Below, piece by piece: positions 1 through 8,518 of a stretch of 25,125 nucleotides of DNA; the stretch's first letter is position 1; every line of letters begins with the position of its first letter. A model generated the notes under the pieces. That model saw nothing but the letters and a program-made list of their open reading frames with translations, was not told the origin of the DNA and did not search any database. Location of the stretch: assembly GCA_002366685.1 (NCBI GenBank), contig DFBP01000113.1, positions 1 to 25,125 of the forward strand, written 5' to 3'. The DNA is from Rhodobacterales bacterium UBA3077 (GTDB taxonomy: Bacteria > Pseudomonadota > Alphaproteobacteria > Rhodobacterales > Rhodobacteraceae). The translations under genes and the position numbers were made by a program.

Positions 1-602
1 TCAGCCCATGCCATAAGCTTGCCGCTGACATATTCAGGGCCATTGTCGACTCTGATTATTTGCGGCTTGCCACGCCATTCAATAATCCGGTTCAGGCTGC
101 GCACCACCCGCTCGGCGGGTAGTGAGAAGTCCACCTCAATGCCCAAACCTTCGCGGTTGAAGTCATCTAGCACGTTAAGGGTCCGGATCGAACGTCCATC
201 TGCCAATTGGTCAGCCATAAAATCCATCGACCAAGTATGATTGGCTGCGTCCGGCACTGCTAGTGCGTCCGGTCTGTCCCGTTTTAGCCGCTTCTTAGGC
301 TTGATCCGTAAGTTCAACTCCAACTCGCAGTAAATCCGGTATACCCGCTTATGATTCCAGCCAAAGCCCTTCACATTCCGCAAATACAGAAAACACAGGC
401 CAAAGCCCCAGGTGCGACGGTTGTCGGTTAGCTTCTCCAGCCAATCTGCGATCTCGGCATTCTCGTCACTCAGCTTGCATTCATATCGATAACAGCTTTC
501 ACTGATCTGGAACGTTCGACAGGCCAGCGCAATGCTAATCCTGTGACCAGTGACCGCTTTCACGGCCATCTCCTTACGCAGGGATGGCCTTGCTACTTTT
601 TT
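1..602 (-). CDS. IS3 transposase OrfB (DDE integrase core), partial, open to the window edge
   Basis: Manual translation: [16 protein letters not shown]...[35 protein letters not shown]...[10 protein letters not shown]...[12 protein letters not shown]...[12 protein letters not shown]. There is no stop; it is absent from the ORF track because it runs off the edge. Confidence 0.93.
596..602 (-). other. -1 programmed ribosomal frameshift motif A AAA AAG of IS3
   Basis: The minus strand reads GGA AAA AAG TAG at the orfA end, and orfB continues in the -1 frame (AAA AAA GTA GCA). Confidence 0.85.
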
Positions 603-643
603 CCAAGCACTTCCTTCAGCAAATCATTTTGCATGCTCATCTC

Positions 644-683
644 CACTGCCCGGCAGTTGATTGCACAGCAATCAATGAGAGGG
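644..683 (-). repeat. 40-bp hairpin mini-element, copy A
   Basis: CCCTCTCA-TTGATTGC-TGT-GCAATCAA-CTGCCGGGCAGTG: a perfect 8-bp stem plus a terminal palindrome. It interrupts orfA between codons GCT and GAG. Confidence 0.92.
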
Positions 684-967
684 AGCATACATCCGCTTCA
701 GGCGACGGTTCTCCTCAGTCAGCGACTTCATCTCCGACATCATAGACGCGTCCATTCCGCCAAACTTTGATCGCCATTTATAGAAGCTGGCCGAACTCAT
801 TCCGTGTTCTCGGCAAAGCTCTGAAACAGGAACCCCGCTCTCGGCCTGCTTCAAAATACCCATGATTTGCGCGTCGCTGTATCGTGTCTTCTTCATCAAA
901 ATCTCCTCAGATTATTATGCCGAGAAAATTCTACTTGTGAACACCACTAATTTTCGGGGGGATTACC

Positions 968-1096
968 TTATCCTCTCAACCCTGCTCTTTCAGAATCTGA
1001 ATGATCTGTTCGTCCGAGAATCGCTTCTTCATTTGTCCGTCCTTTTGGTTGGGCGGACTCTACATCATTCTGGAGGAGTTCTGGGGGCGTAGGTCA
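968..1096 (-). mobile_element. Remnant (left end and orfA start) of a second IS3-family element, interrupted by the first
   Basis: The minus strand starts TGACCTACGCCCCCAGAACTCC..., then RBS and ATG at 1032 encoding MKKRFSDEQIIQILKEQG*, an IS3 OrfA N-terminus. It abuts the end of the 1-967 element. Confidence 0.8.
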
Positions 1097-1158
1097 ACAT
1101 CTTACCCAACGGGTCTAAAGTGATCAGTTGAGATTTTGTCCCAAATGCAGGGCCCAGC

Positions 1159-1174
1159 ATACCGGAACCGGTAT
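1159..1174 (-). terminator. Hairpin just downstream of the HPF-CSD stop, possible terminator
   Basis: ATACCGG-AA-CCGGTAT inverted repeat; there is no clear U-tract. Confidence 0.3.
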
Positions 1175-1178
1175 CATA

Positions 1179-1757
1179 TCAAGTCTGATTTACGAGCCGC
1201 AATTTGCTGATCGGGCGAACAGTGCTGGCATGTGGTCCACCTTCAGCACCCTCTCTATCCACAACCAACTCGACAGCGCTACCAATTTTGAGATCGTCAA
1301 AGCTATGATCAATCACTGCATTGCGATGGAAATAGATCAACCGACCGTCAGTGGTTGAGATATGGCCGCTGTCTTTCTCTGGCTCAAGGCGCTCAATAGT
1401 TCCCTGAAGTGGGCTTACACCTTCCTCGGGGCGGCCACTGTGGAGCTCTTTATGCTTGCGAAGTTGGCGTTCCATCGCGTTGAACGCATCGCGGACTGTC
1501 ACATCAATGTTTTCATGTGCATTCACATCACCGGGCTCCCGGCCAACAGTTAGCGTACCCATAGGCGTATGAAGCTCAATATCGACTATGTAGCGCATGC
1601 CCTTTGTATGTCGACGCTGCGAAGCCCGCACCCAAACCTTGCAGCTGATAATCCGGTCAAATATCCGCTCCAGCTTGTGGATGCGATTGCTAATCCGCTC
1701 TTCAACAAGATCGGAATGCTCAACGTCCTTGAAGACGATTTGTGCAATATCTGTCAT
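1179..1757 (-). CDS. HPF/RaiA-family ribosome-associated protein fused to a C-terminal cold-shock (OB) domain
   Basis: N-terminal HPF pattern (IVFKDVEHSDLVEERI...RDAFNAMERQLRK) and C-terminal CSD (GHISTTDGRLIYFHRNAV). AAGGA RBS before ATG 1757, so the track's 55-aa extension is not used. Confidence 0.88.
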   Translation of the reverse strand: MTDIAQIVFKDVEHSDLVEERISNRIHKLERIFDRIISCKVWVRASQRRHTKGMRYIVDIELHTPMGTLTVGREPGDVNAHENIDVTVRDAFNAMERQLRKHKELHSGRPEEGVSPLQGTIERLEPEKDSGHISTTDGRLIYFHRNAVIDHSFDDLKIGSAVELVVDREGAEGGPHASTVRPISKLRLVNQT

Positions 1758-1820
1758 GATACGTTCCTTTTTAGCTCGGGTCCTTACTTGGTTACCTGCA
1801 TCCAGCCAGAATGCACTGCT

Positions 1821-1861
1821 ATAGTAGCCAAGCTGTTCATAATGTCTTTGATATAAGTCAT
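1821..1861 (-). promoter_or_regulatory. FNR/FixK-like box with -10 hexamer upstream of the HPF-CSD gene
   Basis: Box 1848-1861 (minus: ATGAC-TTAT-ATCAA), then 21 nt, then TACTAT (1826-1821). Confidence 0.6.
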
Positions 1862-1922
1862 CTTGGAAAGTGTTGATGGTTGACTCGAAGAAAGGCTCCA
1901 CAATTCCGCAGATCACCAGCAC

Positions 1923-3431
1923 TTAAGTAATCTCCGCCAGCCTTTGAAATACAGCATCAGCCTGATTGAGCGCATCTTTGGTTCTGGCCGCAAGCGATAA
2001 AAATATCAGAGCGCTCCCTTCGTCAAAGCTGATCGGTGATATAAAAATGATCCCGCTTTTTGCACCGGGATGCCACAATTCGGTTTTAAATTTATCCAGT
2101 CCGCTTGAAGATGAGTGTTGCAACGGAACCCGAACTTGGTTGTGGGAGATAATGTAGGCAGGCGTTTTGTCCGGGGCGAATAGTAGGTTCATGAGTGACA
2201 TTGGCACTGAGACCCCGCCCCAACGACCGTTGCATTCAATCCAGTGCAGGCTGGCTGATCCGAAATCCTCTCCTGAAATAATAGTATCAAAACTACAACG
2301 CCCAAAATAGCCGAGTGTTTGCATTACATAACCAAGAATCAGGGATCCTCGTGATAGCGTGAAATCCCAATCGTCAGGCAGAATGGCCGGCATTGCGCCC
2401 GAGAACCGGCCAGCTTGTCCGGTAATATTTTGCTCGAATATCCCCTCGATGACAGGCGGACCATCTTCAGCAAGAGGGATCCAGAGCTGGATAGACGGGC
2501 TCGTTAAGACATCATGTTTCCAAACTTGAACCAATATCGGGTAAGGAGCATGATCAACAACATCTGTGATCATTTCATCCAAGTGCCGGTAAAGTTTCTT
2601 TACACCCATACCGGCGATATCAGCTGACAAAATGGGAAAATTGCCAGCCGAACCAGCGCTATCACGAATTTTGATGACGATTTTTTCAAAATCTCGCGCC
2701 AGAGAATGTACGCGGCCAGCCAATGCCGCCTTACCAAAGACGGAATAAGTAGGCGGCACAGAGGATTTGCCAAACAAACGGGTTGTGAGCGATGTGAACC
2801 ATAGTTTGTCATTCGCCTGCACGGTCAGCGATGGCCGCGGTCCGGCAACATGTATTGGCAGGCCAGTATCGCGCCCGAGTTTTCTGGCAAGGGCCCAAAC
2901 GGTACCGGTTGAGATGTGCGCAACCAGAGTAGCGCCGCCGCGTTCTTCAACTTTTGTGCGCAGTTGTTTATAAATGTTTATATCGTTTAAGCATCTGAGT
3001 AGTGTCGGTACAGTGCCATCATCATCCGATACGCCGGTATACAAATACTCACGGCGGCCAAGGCCCAAATCCCTTTCCAGATATTGCTCAAAATCGCGAT
3101 TCTGTTTGCCACCAATAACGACCAGATCGCCCTCTCCGGCAAGGACCGACAAGCGGTATTCAATCGGGCCTGCATTGCGATTTCCAAATAGCCGAATCTC
3201 TCTATTGTCACCAAAAAATATATAAGACGTATCACCCAGCCCTTGCTGAACCTGTGGTTGGAAATAGGAAAGCTCCGCGTGGTTGCGACTCTCGCCTAAA
3301 ATTTCCGAAGCGACAATTTTAACCAGATCTTGTTCAGAGGGCTCCAGCTCGACATCACGCCGCTGGATAATCGGCAGTCGCGAAGGATTGAGCAACCGTT
3401 TCGCCATTTTTCCATTAGCTAATTTTGACAT
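1923..3431 (-). CDS. ATP-grasp-domain protein, probably pre-ATP-grasp/peptide-ligase (PGM1-like) type
   Basis: Motifs ANDKLWF, IKIRDSAGSAGN and WIECNGRWGG match the ATP-grasp pattern. AGGA RBS before ATG 3431. The subfamily assignment is from memory. Confidence 0.65.
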   Translation of the reverse strand: MSKLANGKMAKRLLNPSRLPIIQRRDVELEPSEQDLVKIVASEILGESRNHAELSYFQPQVQQGLGDTSYIFFGDNREIRLFGNRNAGPIEYRLSVLAGEGDLVVIGGKQNRDFEQYLERDLGLGRREYLYTGVSDDDGTVPTLLRCLNDINIYKQLRTKVEERGGATLVAHISTGTVWALARKLGRDTGLPIHVAGPRPSLTVQANDKLWFTSLTTRLFGKSSVPPTYSVFGKAALAGRVHSLARDFEKIVIKIRDSAGSAGNFPILSADIAGMGVKKLYRHLDEMITDVVDHAPYPILVQVWKHDVLTSPSIQLWIPLAEDGPPVIEGIFEQNITGQAGRFSGAMPAILPDDWDFTLSRGSLILGYVMQTLGYFGRCSFDTIISGEDFGSASLHWIECNGRWGGVSVPMSLMNLLFAPDKTPAYIISHNQVRVPLQHSSSSGLDKFKTELWHPGAKSGIIFISPISFDEGSALIFLSLAARTKDALNQADAVFQRLAEIT

Positions 3432-3495
3432 TGCGGTTCCTGCGACATTCGGATCAGTGCTGCCCTTCATACTATATCGTACTTTTCCATACGCA

Positions 3496-3509
3496 TTGAA
3501 ACAAATCAA
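3496..3509. promoter_or_regulatory. FNR/FixK-like palindrome between the divergent ATP-grasp and amidotransferase genes
   Basis: GCA-TTGAA-ACAA-ATCAA-TGC (extended palindrome). -10-like TATTTT lies 23 nt away on plus and TAGTAT 21 nt away on minus. Confidence 0.6.
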
Positions 3510-3569
3510 TGCGCTTGCTGAATAAACAAAAGTATTTTATCATGCTACAATACCATGGAGGTCGTTATT

Positions 3570-4379
3570 ATGTGCCGGCTATATGCTTTTGCTGCCAATG
3601 AACCAACACGTGTGGAATGCAGCCTTGTCCGATCACAAAACAGCTTGATGGCCCAAAGTGCGGGAGATTCCGAGGGTCTGGTGCATGCACATGGCTGGGG
3701 GGTCGCTGACTACCCCGATGATTTGCCAATGATCGAAAAACAACTCTGGGCCGCCTTTCACGGTGAGCATTTTTCTAAAAACGCTTCCCGTATCTATGCG
3801 CACACCGTCGTAGCGCATGTGCGAAGGGCAACCGTTGGTGAACATTCTATTGAAAACACTCATCCGTTTTGCCATGGACGCTGGATTTTTGCCCATAATG
3901 GCACGGTTCCGAACTTCCTTGAGGTTCGTGACAAGATGATGCCCGAAATTGATCCATTGTTCCGCAATAGCATCAAGGGAACGACGGACAGCGAGCATAT
4001 TTTCTACTACCTTATGTCACTCTATCAAGACCATCCCGAAGTCCCTCTCATGGATACTGTCGGCAAAGGTCTAAGGCAGATAATTGATTGGTCTCAGGAA
4101 ATTGATCCGAGCCGAGAAGTTGGCCTCAATATCGTTCTGACCGACGGAGACCAGCTAATCGGGAGCCGCTATAACCGGACGCTATGGCATCTTGAGCGTG
4201 AGTTCGAATTTGAATGCCCGATCTGCGGGAAATCTCACGTGCATCATGACTTTGGATCAGACTATCGAGCGGTGGAAATTGCCTCGGAACCGCTGACAGA
4301 CGAAAACTGGCAGGAAATGCCTGATGGTGTGGTTTATTCCGTGGACGAGGACTATTATTTGCTAACCCAAAAGTTCTAA
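3570..4379 (+). CDS. Class II glutamine amidotransferase (EgtC/YafJ-like Ntn hydrolase)
   Basis: N-terminal MCR (Cys nucleophile), HGWG, AHVRRAT, NTHPF, FAHNG and GTTDSE motifs. GGAGGT RBS before ATG 3570. Confidence 0.92.
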   Translation: MCRLYAFAANEPTRVECSLVRSQNSLMAQSAGDSEGLVHAHGWGVADYPDDLPMIEKQLWAAFHGEHFSKNASRIYAHTVVAHVRRATVGEHSIENTHPFCHGRWIFAHNGTVPNFLEVRDKMMPEIDPLFRNSIKGTTDSEHIFYYLMSLYQDHPEVPLMDTVGKGLRQIIDWSQEIDPSREVGLNIVLTDGDQLIGSRYNRTLWHLEREFEFECPICGKSHVHHDFGSDYRAVEIASEPLTDENWQEMPDGVVYSVDEDYYLLTQKF

Positions 4380-4454
4380 ATAACCGCTGGATATCACGTG
4401 TCGGAGGCTTGTGCCTCAACGCTAATAGAAAAACCCGATATAATTTGTGCTTAG

Positions 4455-5591
4455 CTATTTAACGGGGCGTCCAAACTCGTTTTCCAATGAAATATAGGTT
4501 ATGATATCGGTAATGGATATCACGCCCAGCAGTTGATCTCCGCGCACAACAAGAAATTTTTTCTGACCACCAAGCTGCATTCGGCCTACCAATTCCTTTA
4601 CAAGGTAGTTTTCGGGAACCGAATTATCCGCTGACAAAGGCACGTAGGCCTGCCCCACCGTCAAATCATCCCAAGTAGTACGGTCAATCCCGTGCAGAAT
4701 GTTGCGGTCGATATAACCAAGTAACTCCGCTCCGTCCACCACCGGGACAAACCCAACATTCCGCCCCAAAACAACATCATGCACCAACTCGCTGATCGTC
4801 ATCGAGGGGGAAACGGTTATTGGTCCCCGTGTCATCATCTGTTCGACCGTATGGCCCAGCAAAATCCGATCGACTTTTTGGCTTTCATAGGCTCCGCGAG
4901 ATGAGCCAAAGACAAAAAAACCGATCAGTATAAGCCAAAACCCTCCGACTCCAGCACCGCTGACCACCAAAAATAGCCCCACCGCCATAAAGCTGATGCC
5001 CAAAATGGTGCCAAGTCGGCTCGCAACACGAGTCGCATATTCAAGGTCGGACTTCAGATACCATAGAAAAGCCCGCAGAACTCTTCCGCCGTCCATCGGG
5101 AATGCCGGAACCAAGTTGAAGATCGCAAGCACCAGGTTTGCCAGCCCTAGATAGGCGAATAGGACGATAACGGGTTCATTGGCGCCCATGTTGATCAAAA
5201 CATTGGCCATGACACTTCCAAACAGCGCCAGAGCGAAACTCATGGCCGGACCGGCGATTGCGATCCAGAATTCCGAACGCGCATCTTTGGGTTCGCTTTT
5301 CAACCCTGCAACGCCACCAAAAATGAACAGCGTAATTCCAGTGATTTTCAGGCCATAGGATATCGCCACAACTGAATGCGCCAATTCGTGCAATAACAAC
5401 GATGCGAAAAACCCTAGCATCGCGACAATGCCAAGAGATATATACGTGCTCTGAGATAACCCGGGCAGCAGTTCCGGAAAATACTGCGCGGACAGGTTCC
5501 AGACAAATAATGCAGCGACCAAAAGCCAGCTCGGATCAATGCGGATGTCTATTCCATAGACACTGAAGATTTTGATTGCATTTTTAAACAT
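4455..5591 (-). CDS. Site-2 protease (peptidase M50) with C-terminal CBS domain pair
   Basis: HELAH zinc motif, NLVPAFPMDGGR, several transmembrane segments, and CBS repeats (MMTRGPITVSP..., LLGVISITDI). Confidence 0.92.
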   Translation of the reverse strand: MFKNAIKIFSVYGIDIRIDPSWLLVAALFVWNLSAQYFPELLPGLSQSTYISLGIVAMLGFFASLLLHELAHSVVAISYGLKITGITLFIFGGVAGLKSEPKDARSEFWIAIAGPAMSFALALFGSVMANVLINMGANEPVIVLFAYLGLANLVLAIFNLVPAFPMDGGRVLRAFLWYLKSDLEYATRVASRLGTILGISFMAVGLFLVVSGAGVGGFWLILIGFFVFGSSRGAYESQKVDRILLGHTVEQMMTRGPITVSPSMTISELVHDVVLGRNVGFVPVVDGAELLGYIDRNILHGIDRTTWDDLTVGQAYVPLSADNSVPENYLVKELVGRMQLGGQKKFLVVRGDQLLGVISITDIITYISLENEFGRPVK

Positions 5592-5784
5592 CAATTGGCC
5601 CCGTCAAAAAACGCGTTGTATCTGGAAGAATAATTGATTCCAAGAACTATTACACTTATTTTCGCGACAGTCTAGTCCGGTCCGTCGGCCACCATTCCAG
5701 TGCGCGGAACCCACTAAAATCTTTGCAGGCAGGAAGGATTGGCACCTCCAATAGCCAGATAGTGTATCTGTTGTAGAATTTGCT

Positions 5785-5798
5785 TTGACTTGGGTCAT
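5785..5798. promoter_or_regulatory. FNR/FixK-like box between the divergent S2P and Lon-like genes
   Basis: TTGAC-TTGG-GTCAT, 58 nt upstream of the Lon-like ATG; the -10 hexamer is weak. Confidence 0.45.
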
Positions 5799-5855
5799 TG
5801 TGGGGAGCGAAAGGTAGTGCAATGTTTCGGTGTGTTGAGTTTAGCAGGGGAAGAT

Positions 5856-8297
5856 ATGGAAAAGGAACGGAAAAAATTGGCAGAAAAACCCTCAGGTCTT
5901 CCGGCGACGGCGTTGAGATCAATCTGTGATCCTCAAGTATTGGGGTTCAAAACAACCGCAGATTTGCCTGACTTTTCCGGCCTTTTGGGGCAGGAGCGGG
6001 CTTTGAAAGCCATCGACCTTGCCGCTGGCATCAAATACCCGAGCTTTAACCTTTATGCTTTAGGGCCGGCGGGCACAGGTCGGCACTCGGCCGTTAGAAC
6101 TTCGCTGGAAGCACAAGCATGCCAACGTCTCACGCCTCGGGACTGGGTGTACGTGAACAATTTTCAAGCACCGCACAAACCAATTGCTCTGGCGCTACCA
6201 AGTGGTATTGCCCCCCGCTTCAAAGCGGCAATGGATGAGTTGATAAACGATCTCGCTTCGGCAATTCCGGCTTTGTTTGAGTCAGACGAATACCAGAACC
6301 GGCGGCAGGCAATTGAACAGAAATTTGCCGATGAACGTGAAGATTCATTTCTGAAACTTAATGCTAGAGCGGTAAAAAGAAATGTAAATATTTTACAAAC
6401 TCCAGACGGGTTTGTGGTGACGGCAATAAAAGACGGCAAGGGGCTTAGCCCGGAAGCGTTTAAGAAACTTCCTGCAAAGGAACGTGCTAAAATTGACCGG
6501 CATATTACCGCAACGCAAGACGATTTAGCCGAAGTTTTAAGAGCAATACCAAAACGGGATAAAATGCATCGCAAAGCTGTGGTTGAACTGAATGCTGCGA
6601 TGGCAAAGCAAACGGTAGAAACAGAAATAGACGAGGTCAGAGAGCAATTTGTAGAGATTGCGGGCATTATTGAATACTTTAAAGCAGTGCGCGAAGATAT
6701 TCTGGAAAACGCCGACTATTTCATTCTGGAAACCGAAGAAAGTAGTGACGGACCTTTCCCGATCGTGACTTCACGATATCACGAATATGCGGAATTTCAT
6801 CGATACACTGTGAATGTAATGGTTACGCATGGCGAAAATGGCAAAATCTGTGCCCCGGTAATTGAAGAGCCTTTACCTACGCTCGCCAACCTGACCGGTC
6901 GGGTCGAATATATTTCGACTATGGGTACTCTGGCGACAAATTTTACGCTTATTAGACCCGGCTCTCTGCATCGGGCAAATGGCGGGTATTTGATGCTCGA
7001 CGCGCGCCGGGTCATATCGGAGGCATTTGCTTGGGATGGTCTGAAGCGCTGCCTACAAGATGGTGCCATCTCGATAATTTCGCCTGCGGAAAAGCTCTCT
7101 CTGGCTAGCACTTCTTCGCTTGAGCCAGATCCGATCCCTCTCGATGTGCGGGTTGTTCTAATAGGCGATAGACTGCTATATTCTCTGTTGCTCCACCTCG
7201 ACCCTGATTTCGCTGAGCTTTTCAAGGTTCAGGCCGATTTCAATACTGATTTTGACCGCTCACCAAAGTCTCTAAACCTTTTCGCCAAAATGATTGGATC
7301 GATTGCTAAACGCGAGAGTTTGAAACCACTCAGCGCGGGCGGTGTCGCTCGGGTAATAGACGAGGCTGCCCGCATTGCAGAGGATGCTGAAAAGCTAACG
7401 CTTAGGGTCGGACAAATTGCCGATATTATGCGTGAAGCCGATCATATCGCGCATAACGCGGGTAAAAAGGTTATTACGGACAAACATGTCACGAGAGCAA
7501 TATCTGCGGCTACGGAAAGAGCCAGTCGCGCGCGCGATCTAGTTCAGGAGTCGATCACACGCAAAGTGAGGCTGATTGATACTTCTGGCAAGAAAGTAGG
7601 ACAGATCAACGGCCTCTCGGTGATGCAATTAGGCGGGTTCAGTTTTGGGAGCCCGACCCGGATAACCGCTAATGTCAGGATGGGGGATGGCAAATTTGTC
7701 GATATCGAACGCGAAGTCGAACTGGGAGGACCGCTGCATTCAAAAGGTGTTCTGATCCTGTCCAGTTATTTGGCATCGCATTACGCGTTGGAGGTTCCAA
7801 TGTCGCTTTGGGCATCTTTGGTATTTGAGCAGAGCTATGGCGGTGTGGACGGCGATAGCGCCTCTTCGGCCGAACTCTATGCGCTCTTATCGGCTCTGGC
7901 TGGTGCACCGATTGACCAATCACTAGCGGTAACCGGGTCGGTCAACCAGAACGGTGAAGTGCAAGCCATCGGCGGCGTAAACGAAAAGATCGAAGGATTC
8001 TATGATATTTGCAAACAGCGCCGGTTAACAGGGAAGCAGGGTGTGTTAATTCCTACGGCGAATGTTTCAGGGTTGATGCTAAGGCAAGATATTGCCGAAG
8101 CCGCCGCCAAAGGCAAGTTCCATATCTATCCGGTCACGCATATCAATGAAGGCATTGAGATACTGACAGGGGTACCTGCGGGTAAACGAGGTCGCGGAGG
8201 CACCTTTGGCGCTGGCACACTCAATGATCGGGTAGAAGAAAGATTGAAAAAATTTGCCTATGATCGGCGCGCATTTATGAAGCCTGAGAAGGGGTGA
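5856..8297 (+). CDS. Lon-like protease (AAA-like domain plus S16 protease domain; LonC-like architecture)
   Basis: GQERA, degenerate Walker A GPAGTGRHS, LHRANGGYL, catalytic DGDSAS and GGVNEKIEG. RBS before ATG 5856. Confidence 0.9.
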   Translation: MEKERKKLAEKPSGLPATALRSICDPQVLGFKTTADLPDFSGLLGQERALKAIDLAAGIKYPSFNLYALGPAGTGRHSAVRTSLEAQACQRLTPRDWVYVNNFQAPHKPIALALPSGIAPRFKAAMDELINDLASAIPALFESDEYQNRRQAIEQKFADEREDSFLKLNARAVKRNVNILQTPDGFVVTAIKDGKGLSPEAFKKLPAKERAKIDRHITATQDDLAEVLRAIPKRDKMHRKAVVELNAAMAKQTVETEIDEVREQFVEIAGIIEYFKAVREDILENADYFILETEESSDGPFPIVTSRYHEYAEFHRYTVNVMVTHGENGKICAPVIEEPLPTLANLTGRVEYISTMGTLATNFTLIRPGSLHRANGGYLMLDARRVISEAFAWDGLKRCLQDGAISIISPAEKLSLASTSSLEPDPIPLDVRVVLIGDRLLYSLLLHLDPDFAELFKVQADFNTDFDRSPKSLNLFAKMIGSIAKRESLKPLSAGGVARVIDEAARIAEDAEKLTLRVGQIADIMREADHIAHNAGKKVITDKHVTRAISAATERASRARDLVQESITRKVRLIDTSGKKVGQINGLSVMQLGGFSFGSPTRITANVRMGDGKFVDIEREVELGGPLHSKGVLILSSYLASHYALEVPMSLWASLVFEQSYGGVDGDSASSAELYALLSALAGAPIDQSLAVTGSVNQNGEVQAIGGVNEKIEGFYDICKQRRLTGKQGVLIPTANVSGLMLRQDIAEAAAKGKFHIYPVTHINEGIEILTGVPAGKRGRGGTFGAGTLNDRVEERLKKFAYDRRAFMKPEKG

Positions 8298-8417
8298 GCT
8301 CTTGAGCGGGCAGGGGCTGTGTCTCCTCGAATATGATCCGCTTTCTTTGTTATCGAGTGCCTCTCGGATATCGTAATATTACAAGGATGGCTGGGGTCGA
8401 GCGCAATCTCACCATGC

Positions 8418-8459
8418 TTGACGCAGATCATGGCTCCAAAATTATTTTTGGACTAGAAT
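8418..8459 (+). promoter_or_regulatory. Class II FNR/FixK-type promoter of the hydrolase-PRT operon
   Basis: TTGAC-GCAG-ATCAT (8418-8431), exactly 22 nt, then TAGAAT (8454-8459). This is the geometry of a site centred at -41.5. Confidence 0.68.
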
Positions 8460-8518
8460 TCCCGAATGCACCAAAAAGTGGTTTTGATGCAATTCACAAT
8501 CCGGAGGGTGTCGCAGAA

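Larger units (their letters stand above)
593..899 (-). pseudogene. IS3 transposase OrfA disrupted by a 40-bp insertion
   Basis: Removing 644-683 joins ...RLKRMYA to [16 protein letters not shown], giving a normal 87-88 codon OrfA. With the insert, the frame stops at 672. Confidence 0.9.
1..967 (-). mobile_element. IS3-family insertion sequence (IS407-group-like), 3' part beyond the left window edge
   Basis: orfA (HTH, MKKTRYSDAQIMGILKQAESG...) plus a -1 frame orfB with the integrase core, and an A6G slippery site. Probable left end GGTAATCCCCCCGAAAATTAG on the minus strand near 967; the exact boundary is uncertain. Confidence 0.93.

Noticed and set aside
1758-1922. 55-aa N-terminal extension of the HPF-CSD ORF starting right after the ATP-grasp stop
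   Set aside because: A good RBS precedes ATG 1757 and the extension overlaps a candidate promoter; it has no recognisable domain.
8484-8497. TTGAT-GCAA-TTCAC as another FNR-like box
   Set aside because: It has two mismatches in one half-site and is too close to the start codon for class II geometry.
8333-8518. N-terminal extension of the hydrolase in the ORF track
   Set aside because: It covers the box and -10 elements. The RBS and domain start fit ATG 8519.
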